From Thermodesulfovibrionales bacterium (lineage in GTDB: Bacteria; Nitrospirota; Thermodesulfovibrionia; Thermodesulfovibrionales; JdFR-86): a stretch of DNA of 58,011 bases. Of the stretch, positions 27,648-37,337 are shown in pieces. A program made the translations under genes and the position numbers. Position 1 is the first letter of the stretch; the number at the start of each line of letters is the position of its first letter. Location of the stretch: positions 1 through 58,011 of the forward strand of contig JAUXOF010000041.1 in NCBI GenBank assembly GCA_030682405.1, in the 5' to 3' direction. Under the pieces are notes generated by a model. The model had not been told where the DNA came from and did no database searches. It saw only the letters and a list, made by a program, of their open reading frames with translations.

Positions 27648-29879
27648 CTACATTCCCTTAAACGGATTGGGGCCAAAAGCCTCTACCTTCTTTATGAACT
27701 CGTTTATCATGTCCGGCAGCTTGTCATAATCCGTTATTGCCACCTGCATGAGATTGCACCTGTCTGCCTCAAGCTGAAGCTTGTCGAGCGTCTCCTGAAC
27801 CTTGCTGAAGCGGTAATCCGCAAGCTCGCTGCCTTTTACGAAATGGCACTGGTAGTTCTCCCCGAACTTGCAGCCCAAGAGCAGAAGGCCGTCTATGCCC
27901 CTTGAGAAGGCATCGGCCACCCATACGAGGTTCGTCGAGCCGAGACACCTGACGGGTATGAACCTGATGCCCGGATGCATCTGTATGTGGTTAAACCCTG
28001 CCGTATCAAGCGCCGGGTACGCATCGTTTTCGCACACAAGGCATATAATCCTGATACCCTCATCAGGAACGTCCAGTGACTTTATCATCGAGCCTATCAT
28101 GTCTACATGGTAGTCCTTGAAGGAGACTATCCTTTCAGGGCATGACCCCATGCACGTGCCGCACCTTCTGCAGCGGTTAATCTTGAAAAAGGGCGTCCCC
28201 TTTGCGTCCTCCTCTATCGCGCCGAAGGGGCATTCCTCCGTGCACCTCTTACAAGACGTGCACCTCGTCATGAGGGGGTCGGGGAACGAGGCGTCCCATG
28301 CCCTCGGATGCACCGCTATGCCCTGAGAGACGTGCTCAAGGCACTGTATCGCCTTAAGCGCCGCTCCTGCTGCGTCGTCCGCCGCATCCGCCATGTTCAT
28401 GGGCTGCCTGATGCATCCCGCCGCGTATATGCCCGTCCTTCTCGTCTCATACTGGAAGCATATGAAGTTGGAGTCCGCAAACCCGTAAGCGCCCTCAAGC
28501 GTAGGTATCTCCGGCCCCTGCTTGTACACAAGGTTAAGGAGCATCTCTGGCTTGGCCGTGGACTCAAGAAACGTCTTTTTGGCCTCATCGCCCTTTTTGC
28601 CCTCCACTGCAAGCTTATCCAGATACTGCTGGGGCGCTGCCGTGGCAGGCACCACGCCTATTGCGAGCACAACGAGGTCGGCCTCCACCTTTATCTTCTC
28701 GCCGAGGAAGGTGTTTTCAGCCTCGACAAAAAGGTTGCCGCCTCCGGCCTCGCTGATGCCGGTAACGTCGGCCTTTGTCAAAAGGACGCCGGCATCGTTC
28801 TGCATGTTCTTATAAAAGAGCTCTGTCTGTCCGGGAGTCCTTATGTCCTTATAATATATGAACACCATGGCGTCCTGATTCTTCTCCCTGACGTACTTGG
28901 CCTGCTTTAGGGATGTGGCGCAGCAGAATGACGAGCAGTAAGGGAGGTGTTCCGGGTCGCGGCTTCCCGCGCACTGTATGAATGCGACCTTCTTTGCCTC
29001 CTTGCCGTCAGAGGGTCTTGTTATCTTGCCCTTCTTTGCAATCTCCTCAAACTCAACGCTGGTTACGACATTGGGAAGCCCGTAGCCGAGATGCGTGAGC
29101 CTTGTCGCGTCATAGGGCTTCCACCCAGCGGCAAGCACTATCGCTCCGGCCTTTATTATCGTCTCGGAACCGCCGTTTTTCCTCAGGGTCACGTCGTAAA
29201 GCCCGGGCTGGCCTTCGGTCTTCTCCACCGTGGTGGATGTGTAGACCTTTATATTGCCGTTGCCCTGAACTTCCTTTATCTTTGCTATAACCGCAGGCTC
29301 CTCGAGCCTGTCGTACGGGTACTCCCTTGGGGTCTGCTTATAAAGCTTTGCGCCCCAGCCCCCGAGTTCTGCCTCTTTCTCCACAAGCACAACCTGATAA
29401 CCGGCATTTGCAGACTCAAGCGCTGCGGTCAAACCGGTTATTCCGCCGCCGATGACGAGGATGGTCTTGGATAAATCAGGCAGGATGTTGGGCTCGGGCA
29501 CTTCGCTCTTTTGCGCCCTGATAGCGCCCATCCTGACGTAATCCTCGGCAAGGTTCTGGGTGTCCGCGGTGTTGGGGGTCTGATTCCATGAGAGCAATTC
29601 CCTCAGGTTAATCCTTGAGACCACGCAGCCGGGGAAATTGAACTCCTCGTACTTGACCCTCGGAGAGCATGCCGCTATTGTCATGGCGTTGACTCCCCCA
29701 TCCTTCATATCCGCACTTATAAGGGCAATGCCCTCGGGGCTGCAGAGTATGTCGTGGGTCTTAATCTTATCGGCTGGCAGCTTCGCCGCCTTTGCAGCCT
29801 GCGCAATCAGCTTCTGCATATCTACAGACTCACCGATACCGCAGCCCTTACATATGTATACGCCGTATTTTTTCTCCAT
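27648..29879 (-). CDS. qmoB: QmoB (HdrA-like + ferredoxin + MvhD-like domain)
   Basis: GVYICKGCGIG, GGGITG, IQCAGSRD..HLPYCSSFCC, CTSCKRCTEECP, VCENDAYP, VRCLGS. Confidence 0.93.
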   Translation of the reverse strand: MEKKYGVYICKGCGIGESVDMQKLIAQAAKAAKLPADKIKTHDILCSPEGIALISADMKDGGVNAMTIAACSPRVKYEEFNFPGCVVSRINLRELLSWNQTPNTADTQNLAEDYVRMGAIRAQKSEVPEPNILPDLSKTILVIGGGITGLTAALESANAGYQVVLVEKEAELGGWGAKLYKQTPREYPYDRLEEPAVIAKIKEVQGNGNIKVYTSTTVEKTEGQPGLYDVTLRKNGGSETIIKAGAIVLAAGWKPYDATRLTHLGYGLPNVVTSVEFEEIAKKGKITRPSDGKEAKKVAFIQCAGSRDPEHLPYCSSFCCATSLKQAKYVREKNQDAMVFIYYKDIRTPGQTELFYKNMQNDAGVLLTKADVTGISEAGGGNLFVEAENTFLGEKIKVEADLVVLAIGVVPATAAPQQYLDKLAVEGKKGDEAKKTFLESTAKPEMLLNLVYKQGPEIPTLEGAYGFADSNFICFQYETRRTGIYAAGCIRQPMNMADAADDAAGAALKAIQCLEHVSQGIAVHPRAWDASFPDPLMTRCTSCKRCTEECPFGAIEEDAKGTPFFKINRCRRCGTCMGSCPERIVSFKDYHVDMIGSMIKSLDVPDEGIRIICLVCENDAYPALDTAGFNHIQMHPGIRFIPVRCLGSTNLVWVADAFSRGIDGLLLLGCKFGENYQCHFVKGSELADYRFSKVQETLDKLQLEADRCNLMQVAITDYDKLPDMINEFIKKVEAFGPNPFKGM

Positions 29880-29882
29880 TGC

Positions 29883-31136
29883 CTACCTCCTCACCAGACT
29901 CTGGATGCCCTTGAGCGCAGCCCCTGTTGCATCCTGCACGGAGCGCTGGACATCCACCGGACTTTTTGCCGTGCCAACGGCTGTAATCCCTTTTTTCAGC
30001 TTGGACGGCAGTATGAAGCCGTCCTCTGTATACGACATCTCAGGCAGCCTGGACTCCTTAAGAGAAGACTCCATGCCTGCTGCAAGCACCACCATATCGA
30101 AACTCTCCTTTATCTTCCTGCCGGAAAGGATGTCCTCGGCCTCCACTATCACGTCGCCGGTTGCCTCATCCTCGGTAATCCTTGCGACCTTGCCCTTTAG
30201 GAAGCTCACGTTCGCATCGTCCCTGACCTTCCAGTAAAACTGCTCGTACCTTCCGGGGGTTCTGATGTCTATGTAGAAAATCTTTGCCTTGGACTCCGGG
30301 TACTGTTCCCTGATGTATGTCACCTGCTTAAGAGACGCCATGCAGCATATGTATGAGCAGTACGCAAGGTGGTTTTCATCCCTTGAGCCCGCGCACTGCA
30401 CGAACGCCACATTGCTTACCGCCTTGCCGTCCGATGGGCGCACTATCTTGCCCTTTGTCGGCCCGCTTGAGGAGGCCAGCCTCTCCATCATCATATTTGT
30501 GATGACGTTTTTAACCTTTCCAAACCCCAGATTGTCCATCCGGGTGGAGTCGTAAAGGTTCCAGCCGGTGGCAACCACTATGGAGCCTACGTTGAGGGTA
30601 ACCGTCTCGGCCTTCATGCCGAGGTCTATGGCCCCGTACTTGCAGGCCTCAAGGCACGCCTTGCCGCAGTTGGCCTTGCAGTGCTTGTCGTCTATTACAT
30701 ATTTAAAGGGGAACGCCTGGTCAAAAGGCAGGTAGGCGGCCTTCGTCTTGTCCATGCCGAAGTTGAAGTCATTGGGCCTTTCCGCCGGACACGCCTCGGC
30801 GCATGCATTGCAGCCCGTGCACCTGTCGTTGACGTAGCGGGGATTGACCTTAAGGGTCACATCGTAGTTTCCCTCCTGCCCTGATATCTTCTCCACCCCG
30901 GCCTGAGTGAAAAACTTGACCCTGCCGTTTTCCTTTATCCTCCTGAAGTTCATCTCAAGGCCGCAGGTAGGCGGGCAGAGCTTAGGGAAATACTTGTTAA
31001 GCTGCGCCACACGGCCTCCCAAGTAGGGATTCTTCTCCGCTATGAAGACATCGCACCCCGTCTCTGCCAACTCAAGCGCGGCAGTCAGGCCGCTGATGCC
31101 CCCACCTATTACCAAAACACCTTTCCGTTCAGACAT
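29883..31136 (-). CDS. qmoA: QmoA (HdrA-like flavoprotein)
   Basis: GGGISGL, KYFPKLCPPTCGLE, CTGCNACAEACP, VQCAGSRDENHLAYCSYICC; start ATG 31136 after SD GAGGAGG. Confidence 0.93.
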   Translation of the reverse strand: MSERKGVLVIGGGISGLTAALELAETGCDVFIAEKNPYLGGRVAQLNKYFPKLCPPTCGLEMNFRRIKENGRVKFFTQAGVEKISGQEGNYDVTLKVNPRYVNDRCTGCNACAEACPAERPNDFNFGMDKTKAAYLPFDQAFPFKYVIDDKHCKANCGKACLEACKYGAIDLGMKAETVTLNVGSIVVATGWNLYDSTRMDNLGFGKVKNVITNMMMERLASSSGPTKGKIVRPSDGKAVSNVAFVQCAGSRDENHLAYCSYICCMASLKQVTYIREQYPESKAKIFYIDIRTPGRYEQFYWKVRDDANVSFLKGKVARITEDEATGDVIVEAEDILSGRKIKESFDMVVLAAGMESSLKESRLPEMSYTEDGFILPSKLKKGITAVGTAKSPVDVQRSVQDATGAALKGIQSLVRR

Positions 31137-31429
31137 TTTCAAGCCTCCTCATTTCCTTGCACAGGACTTTTTGCAGGTCTATGATTATACACAAACGCCC
31201 CTTAAATTATCATCATTTTGGGCTATTTTGGGCTATTTTTATTTTTAATGGGGCTATTAGGGGGATTTTGGGGGGGACAAGCAGGGATTTATCTGAATAT
31301 TCCGTTGTGGATATTTTTTTCTTTTTAGTTTCCATTTAGTCCTCCCTATGCCTTCTCCAATATTTTTTCTCCGCGCCGTCCATGTCCCAGCCAGTAATCA
31401 CCCTGACGATACCGTCCTTCTTAAGCTCA

Positions 31430-31466
31430 AAAAAAGAGGGGCGCAGAATCTGCGCCCCTCTTTTTT
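31430..31466. terminator. intrinsic terminator after aprA
   Basis: 17 bp stem AAAAAAGAGGGGCGCAG / CTGCGCCCCTCTTTTTT with a 3 nt loop. Confidence 0.85.
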
Positions 31467-31486
31467 AAAGTCTCTATAGACCGAGA

Positions 31487-33448
31487 TTAGTCTGCTACAA
31501 GCTGGACGTAGTCCTTCTTGAAGCACTTCCAGTCGCCGGTCTTCGGGTCGTACTTTGAGTTGACAAAGCACTTCCAGTTCTTGTCGTCGATTGCAAGGTA
31601 GTCGCCCCTGTAATAGTAACCGGGGTATCTGGACTCTTCCCTGAAGAGTATGTGCCTTGCATGCGCCTCGACAGACCATATCCTGTGGTAGTTCTCCCAA
31701 GCCCTCATAAGCTCATGGAGGTCCTTTGCGCCTGTTTTTTCGGCGTCCTCTTTGAGCATCTGGAGGAGTTCAAGGCCCTTATCGAGCATCGTCTTTGAGG
31801 TCATGTACCATGTGGCAATGCCGCCAAAGTACTCGTCGGATATCTTCTGGAGCCTCATCTGAACCATCTTCGGCTTGATGTAGTTGGGGTTTACCTCAGG
31901 CGCGGTCGAGTATGTCTTATGCTTCTCGTATACCTCGAACGGCATGTATAACTCTCCCGCAAGCTCGTCCGGCGACTTCGTCACCGTGGGTTTGAAGTCC
32001 TTGTTGTCAAGGATGAAAGCAAGTCCGGCCTTTGCCGCAATCCTGCCCTCGGCGTGCGAGCCGGAGGAGAATTTATGACCTGATGCGCCGCAGATGTCGC
32101 CCATCATGAAGAGGCCATTCACAGTTGACATCCTGTTATAGCCCCAGTTCCATTCTGCGGGTGCGCCGAGGTCCTCCGGGCCGCTGACCCAGAACCCTGC
32201 GCAGCCTGCGTGAGAGCCTAAGAGATACGGCTCAGTGGGCATAATCTCGGAGGGCGTCTTGTCAGGCTCTATGTTCATGCCTGCCCACACTCCGGCCTGG
32301 CCGATGCACATGTCGAGGAAGTCTTCCCATGCCTCTGCCTCAAGGTGCTTTATCTGCTTTGCGTCCATCGTTTTTGCAAGCTCTGCCATTGCGTGATGAG
32401 TGTTCATGAGGATGGGGCCTTTGCCCGCCTTCATGTCCATCATCATCATGTGGTTACGGATGGCGGTGCCCATCTTCTCTGCATACGGGCTGTAGAGCTT
32501 CTTTGTCGCCTCAAAGTTCTCGCCTACGCAGTAGTCTTCGCCGGCGGCGTTTGTGGCCTTGGCTTTAAAGAAAAGGAACCACGCACCGACAGGGCCGTAG
32601 CCGTCTTTAAACCTTGCAGGCACGAACCTGTTTTCCATCATCGTAAGCTCTGCGCCCACCTGAATGCCGAGGGCATAGCCGGAGCCGGAGTTCCATACCG
32701 GGTACCATGCCCTGCCCTGTCCCTCGCCTACCGAACGCGGCCTGAAGACGTTAACCGCACCGCCGCAGCCTGAGAGAATGACATTGGCCTTGAATATATA
32801 AACCTTGTTCTCCCTTACCGAGAAGCCGACGGCAGCAGCTATCCTGTTGGGAACCTTCTCGTCGAGGAGGTATTTGACGATGAACACCCTCTCGTAGATG
32901 TTATCCATTCCGAGGGCCTTCTTTGCCGCCTCTGCAACGAGCACCTTGTAGGACTCGCCGTTTATCATTATCTGCCACTTGCCGGAACGGACAGGCTTCC
33001 CGCCAGCAGAGAGCTTGGGCGCTCCCTGCGCGCCGTCAAGCGTGTGGCCGCCTTCGTCCTTCTTCCATATGGGAAGTCCCCAGTCCTCGAATTCCTCAAC
33101 TGAATCGTCAACGTGCCTTCCGAGGTCGTATACGAGGTCTTCCCTGATTATGCCCATCAGGTCGTCCCTGACATACTTGACATAAGCTGCCGGGTCATTC
33201 TCGCCCATGTATGTGTTGATAGCCGAAAGGCCCATTGCCACTGCGCCGCTTCTGTCCATAGCAGCCTTGTCAACGAGGGTTATCTTTATTTTGCCTTTTC
33301 CGGCCTTCTCTATCGCATCCGCCCACCTAACCGCCTCAAATGCCGCGCCGCATGCTGACATGCCGCCGCCGACTATCAGGAGGTCGGTATCAACCTGAAT
33401 TATCTCAGGCTTCGTACAATACGAAAAAGTACAAGCTTCTTTTTCCAT
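31487..33448 (-). CDS. aprA: adenylylsulfate (APS) reductase alpha subunit
   Basis: DRSGAVAMGLSAINTY, GKWQIMINGESYK, RAWYPVWNSGS, ENRFVPARFKDGYGPVGAWF, GHKFSSGSHAEGR, REESRYPG; start 33448 fits SD spacing. Confidence 0.97.
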   Translation of the reverse strand: MEKEACTFSYCTKPEIIQVDTDLLIVGGGMSACGAAFEAVRWADAIEKAGKGKIKITLVDKAAMDRSGAVAMGLSAINTYMGENDPAAYVKYVRDDLMGIIREDLVYDLGRHVDDSVEEFEDWGLPIWKKDEGGHTLDGAQGAPKLSAGGKPVRSGKWQIMINGESYKVLVAEAAKKALGMDNIYERVFIVKYLLDEKVPNRIAAAVGFSVRENKVYIFKANVILSGCGGAVNVFRPRSVGEGQGRAWYPVWNSGSGYALGIQVGAELTMMENRFVPARFKDGYGPVGAWFLFFKAKATNAAGEDYCVGENFEATKKLYSPYAEKMGTAIRNHMMMMDMKAGKGPILMNTHHAMAELAKTMDAKQIKHLEAEAWEDFLDMCIGQAGVWAGMNIEPDKTPSEIMPTEPYLLGSHAGCAGFWVSGPEDLGAPAEWNWGYNRMSTVNGLFMMGDICGASGHKFSSGSHAEGRIAAKAGLAFILDNKDFKPTVTKSPDELAGELYMPFEVYEKHKTYSTAPEVNPNYIKPKMVQMRLQKISDEYFGGIATWYMTSKTMLDKGLELLQMLKEDAEKTGAKDLHELMRAWENYHRIWSVEAHARHILFREESRYPGYYYRGDYLAIDDKNWKCFVNSKYDPKTGDWKCFKKDYVQLVAD

Positions 33449-33460
33449 TATCATCCCTCC

Positions 33461-33901
33461 TTATTTCTTTATCGTAGGCATGGTCTTGCCTGCGCCCTGA
33501 TGAGTGAAAAAGCCCGGCTTTCTGAGGCCGTCAAGCTTGGCTTCAGGTTTGCCGGCATAAGGGTCAACGGAACCCTCAGGAGTGGTCCTGATGGGAAACT
33601 TATACCTTTTCAGCTTTCCGTTACGGAATTTAACCGTCCACATTATGCTGTCCGAGCCCCTCAGCGGAATGACGTTGCCTCCGAGCGGAACAAAGTCTGC
33701 ATAACCCCTGACCTCCATTGCCTGCTGAGGACATATCTTAACGCAGTTGTAGCACTCCCAGCACTGTTCCGGCTCCTGATTGTATGCCTTCATAAGGTCC
33801 CTGTTGAGTGTCATCAGGTTATTGGGGCATATGTACTGGCATGCGGTCTTGTCCTGAGCTTTGCATCCGTCACATTTCTCTGCAATCACAAAACTCGGCA
33901 T
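33461..33901 (-). CDS. aprB: APS reductase beta subunit
   Basis: MPSFVIAEKCDGCK...CQYICP...CWECYNCVKICP...VRGYADFVP...IMWTVKFRNG...FPIRTTPEGS. Confidence 0.97.
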   Translation of the reverse strand: MPSFVIAEKCDGCKAQDKTACQYICPNNLMTLNRDLMKAYNQEPEQCWECYNCVKICPQQAMEVRGYADFVPLGGNVIPLRGSDSIMWTVKFRNGKLKRYKFPIRTTPEGSVDPYAGKPEAKLDGLRKPGFFTHQGAGKTMPTIKK

Positions 33902-34013
33902 TTTTCAAACCTCCTTATTAATTTTTCTTAACAACCGTAAATCAAAAAAACTGTTGCTTGCTACCGTCACCCCCTCTCCCGCTGAAATCAACCGTCAAAC
34001 GGCATTTCTATAG

Positions 34014-35228
34014 TTATGCGCCCTCTGAATACTTATGGGTCTTTATCTCGACCTTCTCCGTCAACCCCTGATAGTACGCCTGAAGTATCTTCAAGACCTC
34101 CGGCCTGCTGAAGTGGTCCGGGACTTCCGTGCCCTCTGAGAGCATCTTCCTGAGCTTCGTTCCGCTTAGAAGCATCCTGTCTTCCTTGCCGTGCGGGCAG
34201 GTCCTCATAGAGGCCATTCCGTCGCACTTTGTGCAGTAGAATGTCCAGTCTATCTTAAGGGGCACCGTCTCAAGCGCTCCATCGGGTATCTCATCGAATA
34301 TCTTCTGAGCGTCGAACGGGCCGTAGTACTCTCCAACGCCGGCATGGTCCCTGCCGATTATCATGTGGCTGCAGCCGTAGTTCTGCCTGAAGAGGGCATG
34401 GAGGAGGGCCTCCCTCGGCCCTGCGTATCTCATATCAAGGGGATAGCCTGCCTGAATGCAGGTATCCTTCACAAAGTAGTGCTCAGCGAGCGTGTCTATT
34501 GCCTTGACCCTCACATCTGCCGGTATGTCACCGGCCTTGAGCTTGCCGAGAAGCTGGTGGATGAGGACGCCGTCGCAGGTCTCGATGGCTATCTTTGCAA
34601 GGTACTCGTGGGAGCGGTGCATGGGGTTGCGGAGCTGAAGCGCGGCAACCTTGTTCCAGCCCTTCATCTCAAACATCTTCCTCGTCTCGTCAGGCCTCAT
34701 GTATACGCCCTTGTAGTCCTTCGGGAAAGTCCCTTCGCTTAGGACCTTTATAGGGCCTGCGAGGTTCACGGCCTCCTGCTTCATGACCATGACAACGCCC
34801 GGGTGCTCCATATCCGTTGTCCTAAAGACCTGCTTGCACTCATGCTCCTTGTCTATCTTGTACTTCTCAGTGACCTTCATCGTGGCCATTGCCTCGCCGG
34901 ACTCCTCGTCCACGAGGGCGATTTCCTGACCCTTCTTGATGCTGTCGGCCTGGCCCTCCGAGGTGGAAAGGGTAATCGGGATAGGCCAGAAGGTGCCGTC
35001 CGCCATCAGGTATTTGTCGCAGACCCCCTTCCAGTCGTCGTGCCCCATAAAGCCCTCAAGCGGTGTGAACCCGCCGATACCGAGCATTATGATATCGCCC
35101 GTCTCCCTCGATGCCGTCCTCACCTGCGTAAGGGTCTTAGCCTTTTTCTTCTCCTCGGAAAGCTCATTGCCCTCAAGTATAAGCGGCATCAGCTTTTTCT
35201 TCTTACCATGCGGATTAACAAGTGCCAT
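34014..35228 (-). CDS. sat: sulfate adenylyltransferase (dissimilatory type)
   Basis: [47 protein letters not shown]. Confidence 0.97.
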   Translation of the reverse strand: MALVNPHGKKKKLMPLILEGNELSEEKKKAKTLTQVRTASRETGDIIMLGIGGFTPLEGFMGHDDWKGVCDKYLMADGTFWPIPITLSTSEGQADSIKKGQEIALVDEESGEAMATMKVTEKYKIDKEHECKQVFRTTDMEHPGVVMVMKQEAVNLAGPIKVLSEGTFPKDYKGVYMRPDETRKMFEMKGWNKVAALQLRNPMHRSHEYLAKIAIETCDGVLIHQLLGKLKAGDIPADVRVKAIDTLAEHYFVKDTCIQAGYPLDMRYAGPREALLHALFRQNYGCSHMIIGRDHAGVGEYYGPFDAQKIFDEIPDGALETVPLKIDWTFYCTKCDGMASMRTCPHGKEDRMLLSGTKLRKMLSEGTEVPDHFSRPEVLKILQAYYQGLTEKVEIKTHKYSEGA

Positions 35229-35276
35229 CTACATTCCTCCTTTTTCGGATTTGGTTTGTTCTTAGACCTTTACCGT

Positions 35277-35924
35277 TTATTTCCCCTCGGCCGCGGCGCA
35301 AACCTCGGCAAAGATATCGTCTATGCCGCCGGTACCGGCAATAGATTTCAAAATTCCCTTATTTTTGTAGTAGCCGATAAGCGGGGCGGTCTTTGCCTCG
35401 TACTCATCGAGCCGCTTTTTAATCGTCTCTTCCTTGTCGTCGTCCCTCTGGTAGAGGGCCCCGCCGCATTTGTCGCAGACGCCCTCTTTCTTAGCGGTGG
35501 AGAAGTAAATGTTGTACATCTGGCCGCAACCCTTGCAAGTCCTTCTGCCGGTGAGCCTCTTCATCAGGTCGCCGAGAGGCACATCAACGCTTATAGCGCC
35601 GGTCAGGGATATGCCGAGGGAATCAAGTATCTTGTCGAGGGCCTCGGCCTGGGCGGTGTTTCTCGGGAAGCCGTCCAGTATGTAGCCCTTCTTGCAGTCG
35701 TCCTTCTTAAGCCTGTCCTTGACGAGGCCGAGCACAACCTCATCCGGCACAAGCTTGCCTGCGTTCATGTAACCCTTTGCCTCCTTGCCGAGCGGCGTGC
35801 CTTCGGCAACATTCTGTCTCAGGATATCGCCGGTGGATATCTGAGGGATTCCGTACTTTTCTATCAGCTTCTTTGCCTGCGTGCCCTTCCCGGCACCGGG
35901 TGCGCCAAGTAAAACAAGTCTCAT
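35277..35924 (-). CDS. adk: adenylate kinase (Zn-LID type)
   Basis: LLGAPGAGKGT, ISTGDILR, LDGFPR, LID CxxC...CxxC; start ATG 35924. Confidence 0.96.
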   Translation of the reverse strand: MRLVLLGAPGAGKGTQAKKLIEKYGIPQISTGDILRQNVAEGTPLGKEAKGYMNAGKLVPDEVVLGLVKDRLKKDDCKKGYILDGFPRNTAQAEALDKILDSLGISLTGAISVDVPLGDLMKRLTGRRTCKGCGQMYNIYFSTAKKEGVCDKCGGALYQRDDDKEETIKKRLDEYEAKTAPLIGYYKNKGILKSIAGTGGIDDIFAEVCAAAEGK

Positions 35925-36174
35925 GAAAGCCCCCTTTTTAGAAAATAAATTCCCTTGCTGGTAATTCACGCACGTATTCACATGTTCACATGAATGGAAT
36001 TGTGCCTAAAGCACTCAATGATATGGCCTAAGGGGGAGTTTTTTCAATACAAAAATTAAAATTGAAATATTAAATTTTCTTATAATCCTCATAAGGGGTT
36101 ATGGAAACCGGCGAAAATTGATATAACATGCTGTTTTTAAAGTATTTTTGCAAGGAGCAACAGCAGGGGAAACA

Positions 36175-36202
36175 AAAGAGGGGCCGTTTCCGGCCCCTCT
36201 TT
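36175..36202 (-). terminator. intrinsic terminator after tRNA-Arg
   Basis: 12 bp stem AAAGAGGGGCCG / CGGCCCCTCTTT with a 4 nt loop. Confidence 0.75.
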
Positions 36203-36239
36203 ATAATCCAACCTCACTGACTTAGCGAGGAAGTTTCCA

Positions 36240-36313
36240 CGCGCCCAGAGGGATTCGAACCCCCGACCTGCGGATTCGTAGTCCGACGCTCTATCCAGCT
36301 GAGCTATGGGCGC
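36240..36313 (-). tRNA. tRNA-Arg(ACG), CCA not encoded
   Basis: GCGCCCATAGCTCAGCTGGATAGAGC...CT-ACG-AA...GGTTCGAATCCC...GGGCGCG cloverleaf. Confidence 0.95.
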
Positions 36314-36315
36314 TT

Positions 36316-36810
36316 TTACCCCTTACCCTTGACACCGTCCTTCAGGGTAAGCCCATATCTTTCATGCTGGAAAGGATGGATTGCAGGGAACTTGGAATAC
36401 AGCCAGCCCTTGAATATCTCCTTATCTCCATCAAACACTACGACCCTCACGGCCGGGTTATTGAGCTGGTCCGAGGCCGAGGTTATGACAGACCCCTCCA
36501 TCTTGAAATCCGGAAGGAAATCTCCGACCTTTACCGTCATGGTTGAACCCGGTATCCTGTAATCCGAGCCGAGTTTGACGGTCACATCCTGAGAGCTCTT
36601 TTTAGACTTATCCTCGATTGTCATCTTCACGGCAGACCACATTACCTTCACCGAATCAGGCACCATAATCTCAGGGGCCTGAGGCGGCATCATTACTGCA
36701 GGACCGGCAGGGGCCTGCCCTACAGGCGCAGCCTCTTCCTTCTTCTTGCATGCGCCAAGACCGAACACAAGCGAACCAGCAACCACCAGTGCAACTACTT
36801 TCCCTTTCAT
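36316..36810 (-). CDS. lipoprotein, DUF2155-like
   Basis: SD AAGGAGG, signal MKGKVVALVVAGSLVFGLGA-C, C-terminal NNPAV..IFKGWLYSKFP..HP.QH.RY pattern typical of DUF2155 (recalled, not searched). Confidence 0.7.
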   Translation of the reverse strand: MKGKVVALVVAGSLVFGLGACKKKEEAAPVGQAPAGPAVMMPPQAPEIMVPDSVKVMWSAVKMTIEDKSKKSSQDVTVKLGSDYRIPGSTMTVKVGDFLPDFKMEGSVITSASDQLNNPAVRVVVFDGDKEIFKGWLYSKFPAIHPFQHERYGLTLKDGVKGKG

Positions 36811-36853
36811 CAAAGCCTCCTTAATGTTTTTAAATGCCCTCTCTACAAACCAC

Positions 36854-36946
36854 TGGCGGAGAGGCAGGGATTCGAACCCTGGGTGAGGTTTTATCCCCAC
36901 AACCGCTTAGCAGGCGGCTGCCTTCGACCAGCTCGGCCACCTCTCC
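36854..36946 (-). tRNA. tRNA-Ser(GCT) with long variable arm, CCA encoded
   Basis: GGAGAGGTGGCCGAGCTGGTCGAAGGC...CT-GCT-AA...variable arm...GGTTCGAATCCC...CTCTCCGCCA. Confidence 0.95.
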
Positions 36947-36959
36947 TGAGGTAAAAAAT

Positions 36960-36989
36960 ATTCTATCAGGTTACACCGGGATTTGTAAA
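36960..36989 (-). promoter_or_regulatory. promoter of the tRNA-Ser / lipoprotein / tRNA-Arg unit
   Basis: Minus strand TTTACA, 18 bp, with TGa-TAGAAT extended -10. Confidence 0.6.
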
Positions 36990-37337
36990 GATTCATTTTT
37001 GGGCGGCGGCCCGGCTTTTATTTGAACCTTTTGAACCTTTAGAAATAGAATTAAACCACAGGGATAACATGGCGGATTTTTCCCTTGACAAATTTACGGA
37101 TTTTCAATAACTTAAAAATAAGGGCAATCGGGTGTGAAAATTGCAAATTTTTCACGTTTCCCCTATAAGTAAATGTTTTGCTATATAAATTAAAACTATA
37201 CTACATAAATTAATGTTATAATATGATAAGCTAAAAAATATTAAACCGTTGACTGCCCCGTGAAAAAATAAAAAAAAAGGGGCAGATGGGAGCGTGGGGG
37301 CATTAAGACGAGGCTTGGAGTAAAATTCTTCTGGATT

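Noticed and set aside
35961-35995. Rex operator upstream of adk-sat
   Set aside because: Three TTCAC half-sites occur as direct repeats, not as the TTGTGAA-N4-TTCACAA palindrome.
36240-36313. tRNA-Arg as an integration site of a genomic island
   Set aside because: No duplicated tRNA 3' end, integrase or foreign genes nearby; the flank is adk.
37127-37148. sigma54 promoter upstream of the histidine kinase
   Set aside because: GG-N10-GC spacing is present, but the -24 element (GGGTGT) departs strongly from TGGCAC; sigma70-like boxes in the same spacer explain it better.
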